Shown piece by piece: positions 40,910 through 54,895 of a stretch of 64,000 nt of DNA (its first letter is position 1; each line of letters begins with the position of its first letter). This stretch comes from Eledone cirrhosa (lineage: Eukaryota). Position numbers and translations under genes: made by a program. Where the stretch lies: the NCBI GenBank assembly GCA_964016885.1, contig OZ024743.1, forward strand, positions 285,386,001-285,450,000, given 5' to 3'. The notes beneath the pieces are model-generated. The model made no database searches. It worked only from the letters and a program-made list of their open reading frames with translations, and was not told the origin of the DNA.

Positions 40910-42815
40910 AACATATGCCTCACTTCCAATCCATGTCAACCCATTCAACATATACCCCTTTCCTAGCTCATGTCTCCCTACCTACATGTTCTAGTAACTC
41001 ATTCTCTCTCTATTTCCAATAGATGTTCTCCTTCCTATACATGTTTTCCTTCCAATCCATGTCAACCCATTCAACATATACCCCCTTTCCTAACTCATGT
41101 CTCCCTACCTACATGTTCTAGTAACTCATTCTCTCTCTATTTCCAATAGATGTTCTCCTTCCTATACATGTTTTCCTTCCAATCCATGTCAACCCATTCA
41201 ACATATACCCCCTTTCCTAGCTCATGTCTCCCTACCTACATGTTCTAGTAACTCATTCTCTCTCTATTTCCAATAGATGTTCTCCTTCCTATACATGTTT
41301 TCCTTCCAATCCATGTCAACCCATTCAACATATACCCCCTTTCCTAGCTCATGTCTCCCTACCTACATGTTCTAGTAACTCATTCTCTCTCTATTTCCAA
41401 TAGATGTTCTCCTTCCTATACATGTTTTCCTTCCAATCCATGTCAACCCATTCAACATATACCCCTTTCCTAACTCATGTCTCCCTACCTACATGTTCTA
41501 GTAACTCATTCTCTCTCTATTTCCAATAGATGTTCTCCTTCCTATACATGTTTCCTTCCAATCCATGTCAACCCATTCAACATATACCCCCTTTCCTAAC
41601 TCATGTCTCCCTACCTACATGTTCTAGTAACTCATTCTCTCTCTATTTCCAATAGATGTTCTCCTTCCTATACATGTTTTCCTTCCAATCCATGTCAACC
41701 CATTCAACATATACCCCCTTTCCTAGCTCATGTCTCCCTACCTACATGTTCTAGTAACTCATTCTCTCTCTATTTCCAATAGATGTTCTCCTTCCTATAC
41801 ATGTTTTCCTTCCAATCCATGTCAACCCATTCAACATATACCCCCTTTCCTAGCTCATGTCTCCCTACCTACATGTTCTAGTAACTCATTCTCTCTCTAT
41901 TTCCAATAGATGTTCTCCTTCCTATACATGTTTTCCTTCCAATCCATGTCAACCCATTCAACATATACCCCCTTTCCTAACTCATGTCTCCCTACCTATA
42001 TGTTCTAGTAACTCATTCTCTCTCTATTTCCAATAGATGTTCTCCTTCCTATACATGTTTTCCTTCCAATCCATGTCAACCCATTCAACATATACCCCCT
42101 TTCCTAACTCATGTCTCCCTACCTACATGTTCTAGTAACTCATTCTCTCTCTATTTCCAATAGATGTTCTCCTTCCTATACATGTTTTCCTTCCAATCCA
42201 TGTCAACCCATTCAACATATACCCCTTTCCTAACTCATGTCTCCCTACCTACATGTTCTAGTAACTCATTCTCTCTCTATTTCCAATAGATGTTCTCCTT
42301 CCTATACATGTTTCCTTCCAATCCATGTCAACCCATTCAACATATACCCCCTTTCCTAACTCATGTCTCCCTACCTACATGTTCTAGTAACTCATTCTCT
42401 CTCTATTTCCAATAGATGTTCTCCTTCCTATACATGTTTTCCTTCCAATCCATGTCAACCCATTCAACATATACCCCTTTCCTAGCTCATGTCTCCCTAC
42501 CTACATGTTATAGTAACTCATTCTCTCTCTATTTCCAATAGATGTTCTCCTTCCTATACATGTTTTCCTTCCAATCCATGTCAACCCATTCAACATATAC
42601 CCCCTTTCCTAGCTCATGTCTCCCTACCTACATGTTCTAGTAACTCATTCTCTCTCTATTTCCAATAGATGTTCTCCTTCCTATACATGTTTTCCTTCCA
42701 ATCCATGTCAACCCATTCAACATATACCCCCTATCCCAACTCATGTCTCCCTTCCTACATGTTCTAGTAACTCATTCTATCTCTATTTCCAATACATGTT
42801 CTCCTTCCAATCCAT
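40910..42815. repeat. ~127-bp minisatellite, about 15 highly similar units
   Basis: TTCCAATCCATGTCAACCCATTCAACATATACCCC...TATACATGTTTTCC recurring at 40924, 41050, 41177 and onward. Confidence 0.95.
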
Positions 42816-44590
42816 ATCATTTTTCTAACTCTTCTTCCTCACCCAACCCACTTTCTCTAACTTGTCTCCCCACTTCATCTCATGTATGTACCCTTGCAGT
42901 ATACAGTTACCTCTACCTCTACCATCACCACCAACACCATCATCACCATAAACATAACCAACACCAACACCAACACCACAACCACACCACCACTGCTACT
43001 ATCACCACCACATCCATTACCACCAACACCACCACATAATCACCCTTACCACTGCCACCCCCATTACCAGCACCATCACCTCCATTACCAACACCACCAC
43101 CACCACTTAACCACCACCACCGACACCACCATTACCTGTATTACCACCACCTCCACAAAACCACCATCACCACCACCACCCTACATATTTTGCAACATAC
43201 ATGTCATTTCTAACAAATCTCCATTGTACTCTTGATACTATCTCCTTCATCTTCAAGTTCATACTCAACTCCAAAATATTCTTCAATTTCCATCCAATAC
43301 AGTTCCAACTTACAATCTCTTTCTCTCTTCTCACACCCTCTTTCAATATATATTACCATTTCTAACATTGTCTTTGTCTCTTTCCGATGAATGTCCTCTG
43401 TGAAATGCTTAAATGTCCAAGATGAGTTGTTTATAAATTACCATTTTGTTGACAATTAACCTCATCCTTAGAGTATAGAGATTTGATTATCAATCATCAT
43501 CAGGTGTCTTAACCCTTTAGCATTTAAACTGTCCATATCCAGCCAGAATTCTCTCACCTCTTTCTGTTTAAACCAGCCATAATCAGCCACTCATACTGAT
43601 GTTAAGGTATTTTTCTCAAAATAAATAATATCAAAAAGGGTTAATATGATTTACATTAACATATTAGCTGTTTATTCATAATTAAATTCATGAGATTATT
43701 TCTCATTGCAAATATCAAACTGAGTTATGACATGTTATTATATTGCACATTAGTAGAATAACATATCCTGCTAGCTCCAAGTGATAAAATGGTTTGCAGT
43801 GATAGACTTTCACAGTTAACATAACAGATATAATTTAACCCATTATTCTATATTTACTATTATATTTTCATGGTAAAGGCTTTACCTCATATAATATCGA
43901 ATCTATGAGATTTTGATATTATTTATTTTGAGAACAATACCTTAACATCAGAATGAACAGCTGGTTATGGCCAGTTTGAACAGAAAAAGGTGAGAGAGTT
44001 CTAACCAGATATGGCTGGCTTAAATACTAAAGGGTTAAGGAGATGAAATAACAAGTTCTTTGAAGATGGTTTGAGTCTTTTCAGATGCTTGTTTCTCTTT
44101 GCTATCTCAGATTAGTGCTTAAAATGTAATAATACCATTTAATCTATGATAGCGATTGACAATATTTCAAACCTCATTTGTTTACCGAGTGGGGTGGATC
44201 TCGTCAAATCAGACCAAGGAAACAATGTTTCCATTGCTGATACTATATACTTGTCACAACTCCTGGCATAGAGAGCAACATAACATAAAGTGTCTTGCTC
44301 ATGGATATAATGCATTGCCCAACCTTATGAATGTGAATCCAACTCTCTAACCACAAGCCATGTACCTTCACTTTTAATCTATACATTAAGCATATTGGCC
44401 TTGTTTAACCCTTTAGCATTTAAACTGGTTGTATCTGGCCAGAATTCTCCCACCTCTTTCTGTTCAAACTGGTTGTAACTGACTGCTCATACTGATCTTA
44501 AGGTATTATTCTCAAAATAAATAAAATCAAAACCTCATAGATTTGATATTATGTGAGGTAAAGCGTTTACCGTGAAAATATAATAGTAAA

Positions 44591-44830
44591 TATAGAGTAA
44601 TGTAAATATAGAGTAATTTAAATATAGAGTAATGTAAATATAGAGTAATGTAAATATAGAGTAATGTAAATATAGAGTAATGTAAATATAGAGTAATGTA
44701 AATATAGAGTAATGTAAATATAGAGTAATGTAAATATAGAGTAATGTAAATATAGAGTAATGTAAATATAGAGTAATGTAAATATAGAGTAATGTAAATA
44801 TAGAGTAATGTAAATATAGAGTAATGTAAA
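44591..44830. repeat. 16-bp tandem (TATAGAGTAATGTAAA) x~15 amplified inside a piggyBac-like MITE
   Basis: The unit occurs once in other MITE copies. Confidence 0.9.
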
Positions 44831-47399
44831 TGCTAAAGAGTTAAATGTCTGTTATATGTACATTGAATTTTATGTGGAGGATTAGAGTATTGAAGGAAAT
44901 GATATATAATGTATATAGCCCTTAATTGGTCTGAGTCACCACCAAAGTCTTCTTCTTCATTTGCGACATTGTGGGCAAGTCAACCTGACTGAATCTATTT
45001 TTTATCAGGCTGCTGACTTCTGATACAAATTGTAAAAACATGAATGAAATAAAAATGCTATACTAGTAACCAAAAATGCTAAATCTTTTGTCTCAAGAGA
45101 ATATTATATTTATATTAAAAACTATAAGCTAACAAAATAACTATTAATGCCCAAATACCTTTGGTGTTAAGAGTAATAATTATCAACACAGTTTTTAATA
45201 GTTTATCATTCTAATGATTCAACGGACTGTTGTTTCATGAATAAACAATTAAACGAAGGAAAAAAAAAATGAAATAAAGACAGAAATAGAAGAGAGAGGG
45301 GGGGGGGGATAGGGAAGGAGAAAAGGGAGGGAGAAAGAGAATGAGAGGTAGAAAGAGAGAGAGAGAAAGAAAGAAAGAAAGAGAGAGAGAGAACGAGAGG
45401 GAGAGAGAGAGAAAGAGAGGGAGAGTGAACGAGAGGGAGAAAGAGAGAATAAAACAATAAAAACAAAGTAACTAACAAAAAATTGTAAAATGATTATTTA
45501 GCTTATGTTTTGTTTGTTTTTTATTCTCAACAGGAAACAGCAGATGATGAAGAAAGAAATATCTCCTCACCTCACTTGTTTTTGGAGACAGAGAGAAGAC
45601 ATATCTAGACACCTTACAATGGACAATGCTATCTGAAACTTTGGCTTTTATTTAGCAATCAGCTTATGTTTTTTTTATTGTTTTTTTTTTCTGTTTTTCT
45701 TTCTTGAGTACTTTCATTTATATTTTAAGCAAATATATATACATATATATATATATCCCCCACCACATTTGACTTCCTTGATTTATTTTTTGAGGGTACA
45801 TAGTAATCTAAGATGAAAGGTTCACTGGGACATATATACAGTAAAATTTGGAATAGAAAAATATTGGTTTCTGATTTAGGCACAAGGCCAACAATTTTTG
45901 GGGGAGGAGAAAGTCGATTAAATCAACCTCAGTGCATTACTGGTACTTTATTTTATCGACCCCGTATGGATGAAAGATCGTAAAGGGCCATGACTCTATG
46001 CCATAAAGCATGTTGTCCGACGCTATACCTATACTGCCAATCTATCACTCTTGGATAGAAAAATAGTGACTATTAAAATTGAATTATGTGCAATGTGAAC
46101 AACGAAGAGTTGTCAATGAAAGTTTTATTGAAAGACTTAGTAAAAGTTTTATTGGGAAACGTAGACTAGGTAATTTGAGCACTAACAGTTCTGGTGTAAA
46201 ATGTGAACAATGTATTGGTAGTGAATCGTAGGCAATGAAAGGTAGTAATAAAATTGGGATTAGCAAATTTGGACATTAAAAATACATTTGTGAAATCTAA
46301 ACTTCCTTTCTTGCCGCATCCATTAAATGTTGGCGAAAGGATTAGTGAAGGACAGTGTGAGTACTTATTGCTGGACTCATTCACATAGCTGATTCTGAGA
46401 GAGAGAGGAAATTGTTTTAAGTATTTGACTGATATTTTCTCAATTGACTTTAAAAAATTGAAAGGTAAAGTTGATTTCAGTGAAGTTTGAATTCAGAACA
46501 TAGAGCATTCTACCTGATGATCTAATAGCTGGGCCAAACTGCCATCTTATCTGAATAGTGAAATAAATATTGTGCACATTGCAAAGTTAGTAGTGAAATT
46601 TAAATAATAATTTAAACATGGACAGGGAACTTTTGGTTATAAAATATGAATAGTTTATTGTGGAAAATTGGGAAGCTTTTAGTTATTTATGAAAACAGAA
46701 TAGTTCACATGAACACAAGTGTTAGGCTTTAATCTTGGTTTCACTTAAACGTTCTATTATCACGATATATTGACATTTTTTATTCTGTTAATCTAGACTC
46801 CTTTGTTCTAATTTTATCTTTAACTCCACCTAGCATTAAGACTAAACATGTAGATTAATTAAGTTAATCTTTATTTCAAACAGAATCTCTATATTATACT
46901 TTCTATAAAACATATACTTGTGTGAAAGGTTAAAATTTTGTTAGAACGTTATTTATTTTTTTTTTACACAGAATTACATTTTATAATCTTTTGATTATTG
47001 ACTATTGACCATATTGGTTTATTGATTTAACTGATGTGATATACTAAATCTTTAGATTAACTAAATCTTTGGAGAAACCAAATCTTTAGATAAACCAAAT
47101 CTTTGGATAAACTAAATATTTGGATAAGCTATGTTTATATAACATTATAAACAGTGGTGGATTGGCAGTATCGGTAGAGGGTCGGACACCATGCTTTGGA
47201 GCATAGAGTTACGGTCCGTTATGATCTGAGTTTAAATCCCGCCGAGGTTAAATATGCCTTTCATCCTTACGGGGTCGATAAAATAAAGTACCAGTAATGC
47301 ACTGGAATGATTGCTGGCCTTGTGCCAAAAGTAGAAACAATTATAATTTATATATATCTATATCTATATCTATATATATATGTATATATATATATAGCA

Positions 47400-49693
47400 T
47401 GGAAGAACGAGGTAAGCAGGGTACGTTACATAGAGGCCAAGAGGGAAGCAAGGCGATAAATATACTTAGCTAGAAGGGAAGCGGAGGATAGAAAATTCAA
47501 GCATATCTTGCAACGTGATGACCAGAAACAGGAGGTGTTCAAGATTGCGAGGCAGTGTCAAAGAGAATTGTGATGTCATTGGAGAGAAGTGTATCCAGAA
47601 TGATAAAGGTGAGCTTGCCCTCACAAGTGCTGAGAAGAAAGATGCGTGGAAGAGCCATTATGAAAGATTATTAAATAAGGAGAATGCATGGGAAGAAGAG
47701 ACCCTACCCCAAGTAGACCCTATAGAGGGGCCAGCAGTACAAGTCAGCAGCAGCGTAGTAAGTAAGGTAATCAAAGATATGAAGACGGGGAAGGCAACCG
47801 GTCCATCGGGTATAGTTGCCGAGATGCTGAAGGCATCTGGCTCGGTAGGTCACACCATAACTACACATATTGTTAACCAGGTAATACTAAAAGGTGTCAT
47901 ACCAAAGGATTGGTGCAGCAGCATTATTGTCAACTGCTACAGGGGTAAAGGTGATGCACAAGATATAGGAAACTATAGAGGTATAAAGCTGATGAACCAG
48001 GTCATGAAAGTAACAGAAAGAGTTATAGCACAGTTTAGGGACCGGGTGAAACTAGATGAGATGCAATTTGGGTTTGTGCCAGGAAAAAGCACCACTGATG
48101 CAAAAGTACCAAGCTAAAAGTAAGCCGCTCTACCTGGCATTTGTCGATCTGGAGAAAGCCTTTGACAGAGTTCCCCGTGCTATAATCTGGTGGGCTCTTA
48201 GAAAACTAGGAGTAGATGAATGGCTTATGAAAGCTGTACAAGCCATGTATAGGGGAGTAGTCAGCAAAGTTAGGGTTAGCAATGACTATAGCGAGGAATT
48301 TAGCATACAGGTTGGTGTCCAGCAGGGCTCTGTTCTTAGCCCTCTCCTGTTCATCATAGTTTTGCAGGCAATAACGGAGGAGTTTAAGACCGGATGCCCA
48401 TTGGAACTCCTGTATGTGGATGACCTCGCACTTATAGCTGAATCTGTGGTAGAACTAGAGAAGAAATTCCAAACATGGAAGCAGGGTCTAGAAAGAAAGG
48501 GTCTCAAAGTCAACCTGACAAAGACTAAGGTCCTTGTAAGCAGATGAGAAAACAGAACCCAGATCCCCTCAGGGAAATGGCCTTGCTCAGTATGTAGGAA
48601 AGGTGTAGGTAGGAACTCCATTCTCTGCCCCAAATGCAAACAATGGGTACACAAGAGATGTAGTGGGATCTCAGGAAGCTTAATTAAGAATGTAGGCTTC
48701 ACATGTAGCAGCTGTGCTGGGACAGCAAGCAGCAAACAGCCACAGGAAACAAGCACCACCAAACTCTGGGAGGGCTCTGAAGAAACAGTAGACAACTTCT
48801 GCTACCTAGGTGACCGAATTAGCAGCGGAGGTGGGTGTTTAGAAAGTACAATAACTAGGGTAAGAACGGGACGGAAGAAGTTAAGGGAATTACTGCCACT
48901 GCTAGCTGCAAAAGGCTTCTCTCTCAAAATGAAAGGCAGACTGTATGATGCGTGTTTACAAACAGCAATGTTACATGGTAGTGAGACCTGGGCGCTGTCT
49001 GCATAAGAGTTGTGTAGATTAGAAAGAAATGAAGCCTGCATGCTCCGATGGATGTGTAATAGTAATATACGCGAACGGTAAAGCATAAACGAATTGAGAG
49101 AGAGACTGAGCATAAGAGGAATCAAATGCTGTGTGCAGGAGAGGCAGTTGCATTGGTATGGACATGTGACGCATATGAAGGATGACATCTGCATAAAAAG
49201 GTGCAGAGCACTAGAGGTCGATGGAAGCCGCGGAGTGGGGAGACCCAAGAAGACCTTGGATGAGGTGATAAAAGCCGACCTTACCCAATTATACCTCTCA
49301 AAGGCGATGACACATGACCGTGACCTCTGGCGTCATGCAGTAATACAGAAGCCCCGACCCCCCATGGGTACAAGCCGAAGCTGAAGCATATAGACAATAT
49401 ACCCCCACACCCTCCCACTGCAAAGTGGTCGTGGAGGTGCCATGGCAAAATAGCACCCAGCCCACACTGTAAAGTGGACGTGTAGGTGCCATGGAAAAAA
49501 GGCACCCAGCACTCACTGTAAATGAGGTTGGTATTAGGAAGGGCATCCAGCTGTAGAAATCTAGCCAGAATCAGTTCCTGTATGAGCAAGACAAGGTCAG
49601 CCAACCGGCTACTGCCCACAACAGGACAACCTGTCTAACACCTGCTAGCATGGAAGAACGGACGTAAAACAGGGATGATGATGATGATGATGA
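47400..49693 (+). mobile_element. RTE LINE, 5'-truncated pseudogene (RT, PHD finger, 3'UTR, (GAT)n tail)
   Basis: NYRGIKL, QFGFVPGKST, FVDLEKAFDRV, QGSVLSPLLF, LLYVDDL, CSVC..CPKC..WVHKRC..CSSC, LHGSETW; frameshifts and stops. Confidence 0.93.
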
Positions 49694-50114
49694 TAGCACA
49701 ACATCATGGACTAATGTGTCATTTCTTAACTTTTAAAGACACATTGAAACTTATAAACTAGTGAAATATGATATGAAAATAAGCGAAAAATTTAGTGAAA
49801 TAACTTTAACCTTTTAGTATTTAAATCAGCCATATCCGGCCAGAATTCTCTCACCTCTTTCTGTTTAAACCAGCTGTAACCGGCCACTCATACTGATGTT
49901 AAGGTATTGTTCTCAAAATAAATAATACCAAAATCTCATAGATTTGATATTATGTGAGATAATTATGTAAGATAAAGCCTTTACCATGAAGATATAATAG
50001 TAAATATAGAATAATGTAAATGCTAAAGAGTTAACACACTTTAAAACTTTTACACATTTATGAGAAAAATTGAAACCTATGAAAGTATCAGAGAGAGTTT
50101 TATCATAATTGAGT

Positions 50115-51420
50115 AAGTATAAAAGTAGATTCAATGAAATGCAGTTTCAATTTGTGCCAAGCTTTTGACAGAACACCACATTCCTTAGTTTGGTTAGCTT
50201 TAAAGGCCTTTGACAGATTAACTTGTTCGATTATCTGGTGATCCTTATGGAAATTAAGTGTAGAAGAATGGTTTGTGAGAGCAGTGCAAGCCATGTACAG
50301 AGGAGCTTTCAGTAAAGTGGGAGTAGGAACTGAGTTTAGTGTGGAATTTAAGGTACATTAGGGTTGAGTTCTCAGCTGACTGCTGTTCATCATACATAAC
50401 AGGCCATACATAACAGAGAAGTTTAAGACTGGCTGTTCATGAGAGCTTCTCTATGTGGATGATCTGGTCCTTATAGCTGAATCCATAAAAGAACTAAAGA
50501 ATAAGTTCCAACTATGGAAACAGAATTTATAGTCAAAAGGGCTGAGAATAAACTTAGAAAAAACTAAAATGCTGGTAAGTAGGAAAGATGGCAGGACCCT
50601 GATCCCATCAGGAAAATGGCCCTGCTGGATATGAAGAAAAGGAGTAGGCAGACAATCTATACAATGTACACAATGCAAATCTTGGGTACACAAGAGGTGT
50701 TGTGGGATAACAGACAGACTAACTAGAAAGGAAGTCTTGGTGTGTACTAGATGCACAGGGTAATCGATAGGAAGTGCATCAGTTATATAAATCTTTTCCA
50801 ATCACAAGAAGGATCCATAGAATTAGTTTATAGCTTCTACTACTAATTATCAGTGGAAGAGGGTGCTCTGTGAGCATTATGGTTAGAATAAAGATAGGTT
50901 GGAAAAGGTTTAGAGAGCTACTCCCACTCTTGACAACAAAAGGTTTCTCCCTACATACAAAAGGACGGCTGTATACACCTGTGTGCAAAGTTTGATGCTG
51001 CAAGGTAATGAAACACAGGCAGTAACTGCAGAAGATATGCATAGGCTGGAGAGAAATGAAGCAACCATGCTTCATTGCATGTGCAATGTAAATATGAGAG
51101 AAAGGCAGAGCTTGCATGATCAGAGGGAGAAACTGGGTTGAAGAAGAATCAGAAGTGGTGTGCAAGAGAGAAGACTGTGTTGTTACAGATATGTGATGCA
51201 CATGAATGATGATCGTTGGGTGAAGAAGGGCCAGGAAATCCCATAGAAGGAAGCAGTAGTAGAGGTAGGCCAAGAAAAGATCTAGGCAGAGGTGGTGAGA
51301 ACTGAGCTACGAAGGAACATGACAAGTGGAGAGATGCTGTGCTGAAAGGAACCTGGTTAACCTATGCAAAAGTGAAAAAAAATGGACTTAAAAATGACGA
51401 TGAGGATGATAATGACAATG
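50115..51420 (+). mobile_element. Older, heavily decayed RTE LINE copy
   Basis: KAFDR, LLYVDDL, WVHKRC and C-terminal motifs, with many stops. Confidence 0.8.
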
Positions 51421-51904
51421 ACAACTCTTGCCTTAAAAAAACCAATGTTTACATACTTTATTTACCCTGCTAACAAGGGTTGGATAGGTCATTACAGACA
51501 AAGTAATAAGTCAAGTGGAGCTACTGACCTCTGAGATAGGCTGGGGGCCTGCATTTTTCTTAAATATGTTCCACACTCTGCTGAGTGCATTTTATCATGG
51601 CACCAGCACTTGGGAGGTTGCTGGTCATACACAAGGAGGTTGCTGGTCATTTATAACCAACCCCAAAAAAGACTTCGTGAGCCCCCTTTCTTTTTTCAAG
51701 TAAAAAGAAATTCAAACACTCATATATGAAAAAACAACCTGTGACAACCCCCCCCCCCTTATTTGAAGAACTATTGTAACGCGAACTGGCGCGAAATTTA
51801 TTATAATTATTGACCAACCACTCAAGTTACTTCTCGAAAAACCTGGCATTTCGAGCCACTTTTTCCATATAAAAGAAGTAACATTCAGAGACCAACCAGA
51901 TGTG

Positions 51905-52040
51905 AGAAAAACCACAGACCCTCCATCTCAACTCACCTTTTGAAAAGCAGAAGAACTGCGAAACCGGTAAAGGAACCAAATAAATATATATATTTTTTTA
52001 AAAAATAAGACTCCAGTTGCATTTTCGATTTCATCTCTTT

Positions 52041-52091
<51 letters not shown>

Positions 52092-52282
52092 AGAAAATGA
52101 GTTTTTTTTATAAAAGAAAAAACAAAAGAAAAAATAGATGTTCTACATGGGTGAAAGTATAACAAAAAGAAATTGAAAATACAACTGGGGTCTTTTAGGA
52201 ATATCTATTTATGTACTTTAGTGGTTTCACAGTTCTTATGCTTTTCAAAAGTAATATTGAGATGCAGGATTTGTGTTTCTGT
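51905..52282. repeat. Diverged inverted repeat around a (TA)n tract, probably a DNA-transposon remnant
   Basis: CATCTCAA..TTTTGAAAAGCAGAAGAACTGCGAAACC..GACTCCAGTTGCATTTTCGATTTC mirrored at 52160-52280. Confidence 0.6.
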
Positions 52283-52680
52283 TGTGTTTTGTATATATAT
52301 ATATATCATCATTATCATCATCATTATCATCATCGTTTAATGTCCATTTTTCCATGCTAGCATGGGTTAGATGTGTTGTCTTACTGTGAGACAAGTCAGA
52401 TCAGTTGACCATGTCTTGCTCATATAGAACGTTTGTGGGTTAATTTCTGTGGCATGATGCCCTTCCTAATGTCAACGACATTTACAGTGCAGACTAGGTG
52501 CTTTTTATCGTGGCACCAAAATGACCACTTTACAGTGTGAACTGGGAGTTTTTTGTTGGGGCAAGAAATATAGTCCTTCATCAGGAGATAGAATGAGAAA
52601 TAAAAAGTAAAATAGGAAGATAGAGAGTGAGAAGAAAGAAAAGAAAAATTTTTGAGAAAAATCATATACCTATTGGGGAA

Positions 52681-52719
<39 letters not shown>

Positions 52720-52800
52720 TTGGGTTCAATCGGGAGTATCTGCGGTTAGTAAGGTACTCAATACATTAGTTTAGTAGAGTGTAAACATCAAGTTTAATAT

Positions 52801-52908
52801 AGAAAGGACTTCTACAAGACTAGAACTGTTTCATTCAAAAGAAATTGCCAGGAAAGCCTGATAATTTCTTTTGAATGAAACAGTTCTAGTCCTGTAGAAG
52901 CCATTTCT
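52801..52908. repeat. Fold-back pair of degenerate hammerhead-like motifs; single copy at 21552-21619 (-)
   Basis: Arms 52801-52852 and 52857-52908. The three copies give a consensus CTGATGA tttc-tttt-gaat GAAA cagttcta GTC. Confidence 0.65.
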
Positions 52909-52919
52909 CTCTCTCTCTC

Positions 52920-52975
<56 letters not shown>

Positions 52976-53154
52976 GAGAGAGAGAGAGATTTTACCAGTT
53001 TAAAACTAATGAGACCATTATTCAGCTGAGTATTTGATACTTGGGATAGAAAATTGTAAATATATTAGAGCTCAACTGTCAGGCCCTAAATCTCTTATAT
53101 AAAGTGACCATCCTGGAGCCACAACAATAAGCGCCCATCCCATACTGTATATAC

Positions 53155-54180
53155 ATATCATCATCATCATCACCGTTTTACGTCCGTTCTTCCACGCTAG
53201 CATGGATTGTCCTGTTGTGGGCAGTGTCCGGTCGGCTGACCTTGACTTGCTCATACTGGAACTGATTCTGGCTTGAATTCTACAGCTGGATGCCCTTCCT
53301 AACACCAACCTCATTTACAGTGAGTGCTGGGTACCTTTTTTCTGTGGTGTCTGCACGTCCACTTTACACAGTGTGGGATGGGTGCTTTTTTGCCGTGGTA
53401 CCTCCACGACCACTTTGCAGTGTATGTGTGTGTGTGTGTGTGGGGGGGGGGATATTGTCTATATGCTTCAGCTTCGGCTTGTACCCATGGGTACTTCTGT
53501 ATTACTGCATGACGCCAGAGATCATGGTCATGTGTCATCACCTTTGAGAGGTGCAATTGGGTAAGATCGACTTTTATCACCTCATCCAAGGTCTTCTTGG
53601 GTCTCCCCACTCCACGGCTTCCATCGACTTTTAGTGCTCTGTACCTTTTTATGCAGCTGTCATCCTTCATGCGCATCACATGTCCATACCAATGCAACCT
53701 CCTCTCCTGCACACAGCATTTGATTCTTCTTATGCTCAGTCTCTCTCAATTTGTTTATGCTTTGCCGTTTGCGTATATTACTATTACATATCCATCGGAG
53801 CATGCAGGCTTCGTTTCTTTCTAATCTATGCAAGTCTTCCACAGACAGCACCCAGCTCTCACTACCATGTAACATTGCTGTTTGTATACACGCATCATAC
53901 AGTTTGCCTTTCATTTTGAGGGAAAAGCCTTTTGCAGCTAGCAGTGGGAGTAGCTCCCTGAACTTCTTCCATCCCGTTCTTACCCTAGTTATTGTACTTT
54001 CTGAACACCCACCTCCGTTGTTAATTCGGTCACCTAGGTAGCAGAAGCTCTCTACTGTTTCTACAGAGCCCTCCCAGAGTTTGGTGGTGCTTGTTTCCTG
54101 TGGCTGTTTGCTGCTTGCTGTCCCGGCACAGCTGCTATATGTAAAGCCTACATTCTAAGTTAAGCTTCTAGAGATCCCAC
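53155..54180 (-). mobile_element. RTE LINE 3' kb, same subfamily as 47400-49693, inverted relative to it
   Basis: Reverse complement of ~48665-49690. Confidence 0.9.
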
Positions 54181-54859
54181 TATATATATATATATATATA
54201 TATCATCATCATCATCATCATCAACGTTTAACGTCCGTGTTCCACGCTTGCATGGGTTTGGACGGGGGTAGTCCCACTTGAGGCAAGAGTGATTGTCTTG
54301 CTCGCATAGGACTGTCTGGCAGGTTTTCTACAGTTGGATGCCCTTCCTAACACCAACCACATTTACAGTGTGGGTCTGGGAGGTTTTTACCGTGTTGCCT
54401 ACACGGCCACATTACAGCGTGGACTGTGTGTTTTTTTGTCGTGACACCTACACGATCTCATTTGTTTCGGCCTGGATGGCGCGGCACCAACATAACTTTA
54501 CATAGAACGGGGTGGTGTGGATGGGGTGGGGGTGGTGGTGGTGGTGGTGGGACGGGGTGTATTTTGTTAGAGATGCCTACTGGCTGGAGTAGGTTTTACT
54601 ATATATTTAGGTAAGGCGGGTCTTCTCTGTTACTGAGTACCGCCAAAGGTCTCGGTCCAGTGACATTGTCTTGGAGAGGTGTAAGTGTGTGATGTCGGAG
54701 TTTATCAGCTCGTTCCAGGTTTTTCTAGGTCTGCCTATTCCGTGACTACCGTCTATCTTTATTGCCCTGCACTTTGTTATACAGCTATCGACTTTCATGC
54801 GCATCACGTGTCCATACCAACGTAGCCTTCTCTCGAGTAAACAACATCTGATCCCTCTT

Positions 54860-54895
<36 letters not shown>

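Noticed and set aside
40910-42815. CRISPR-like regular array
   Set aside because: Units are contiguous with no unique spacers; eukaryotic context and no cas genes.
45534-45635. Plus-strand exon after a strong acceptor (ttctcaacAG)
   Set aside because: Short frames with no recognisable homology and no partner exons found.
46166-46395. Minus-strand 72-aa ORF after a CT-rich acceptor
   Set aside because: No recognisable homology, and its phase is incompatible with ALDH3 exons 1-2.
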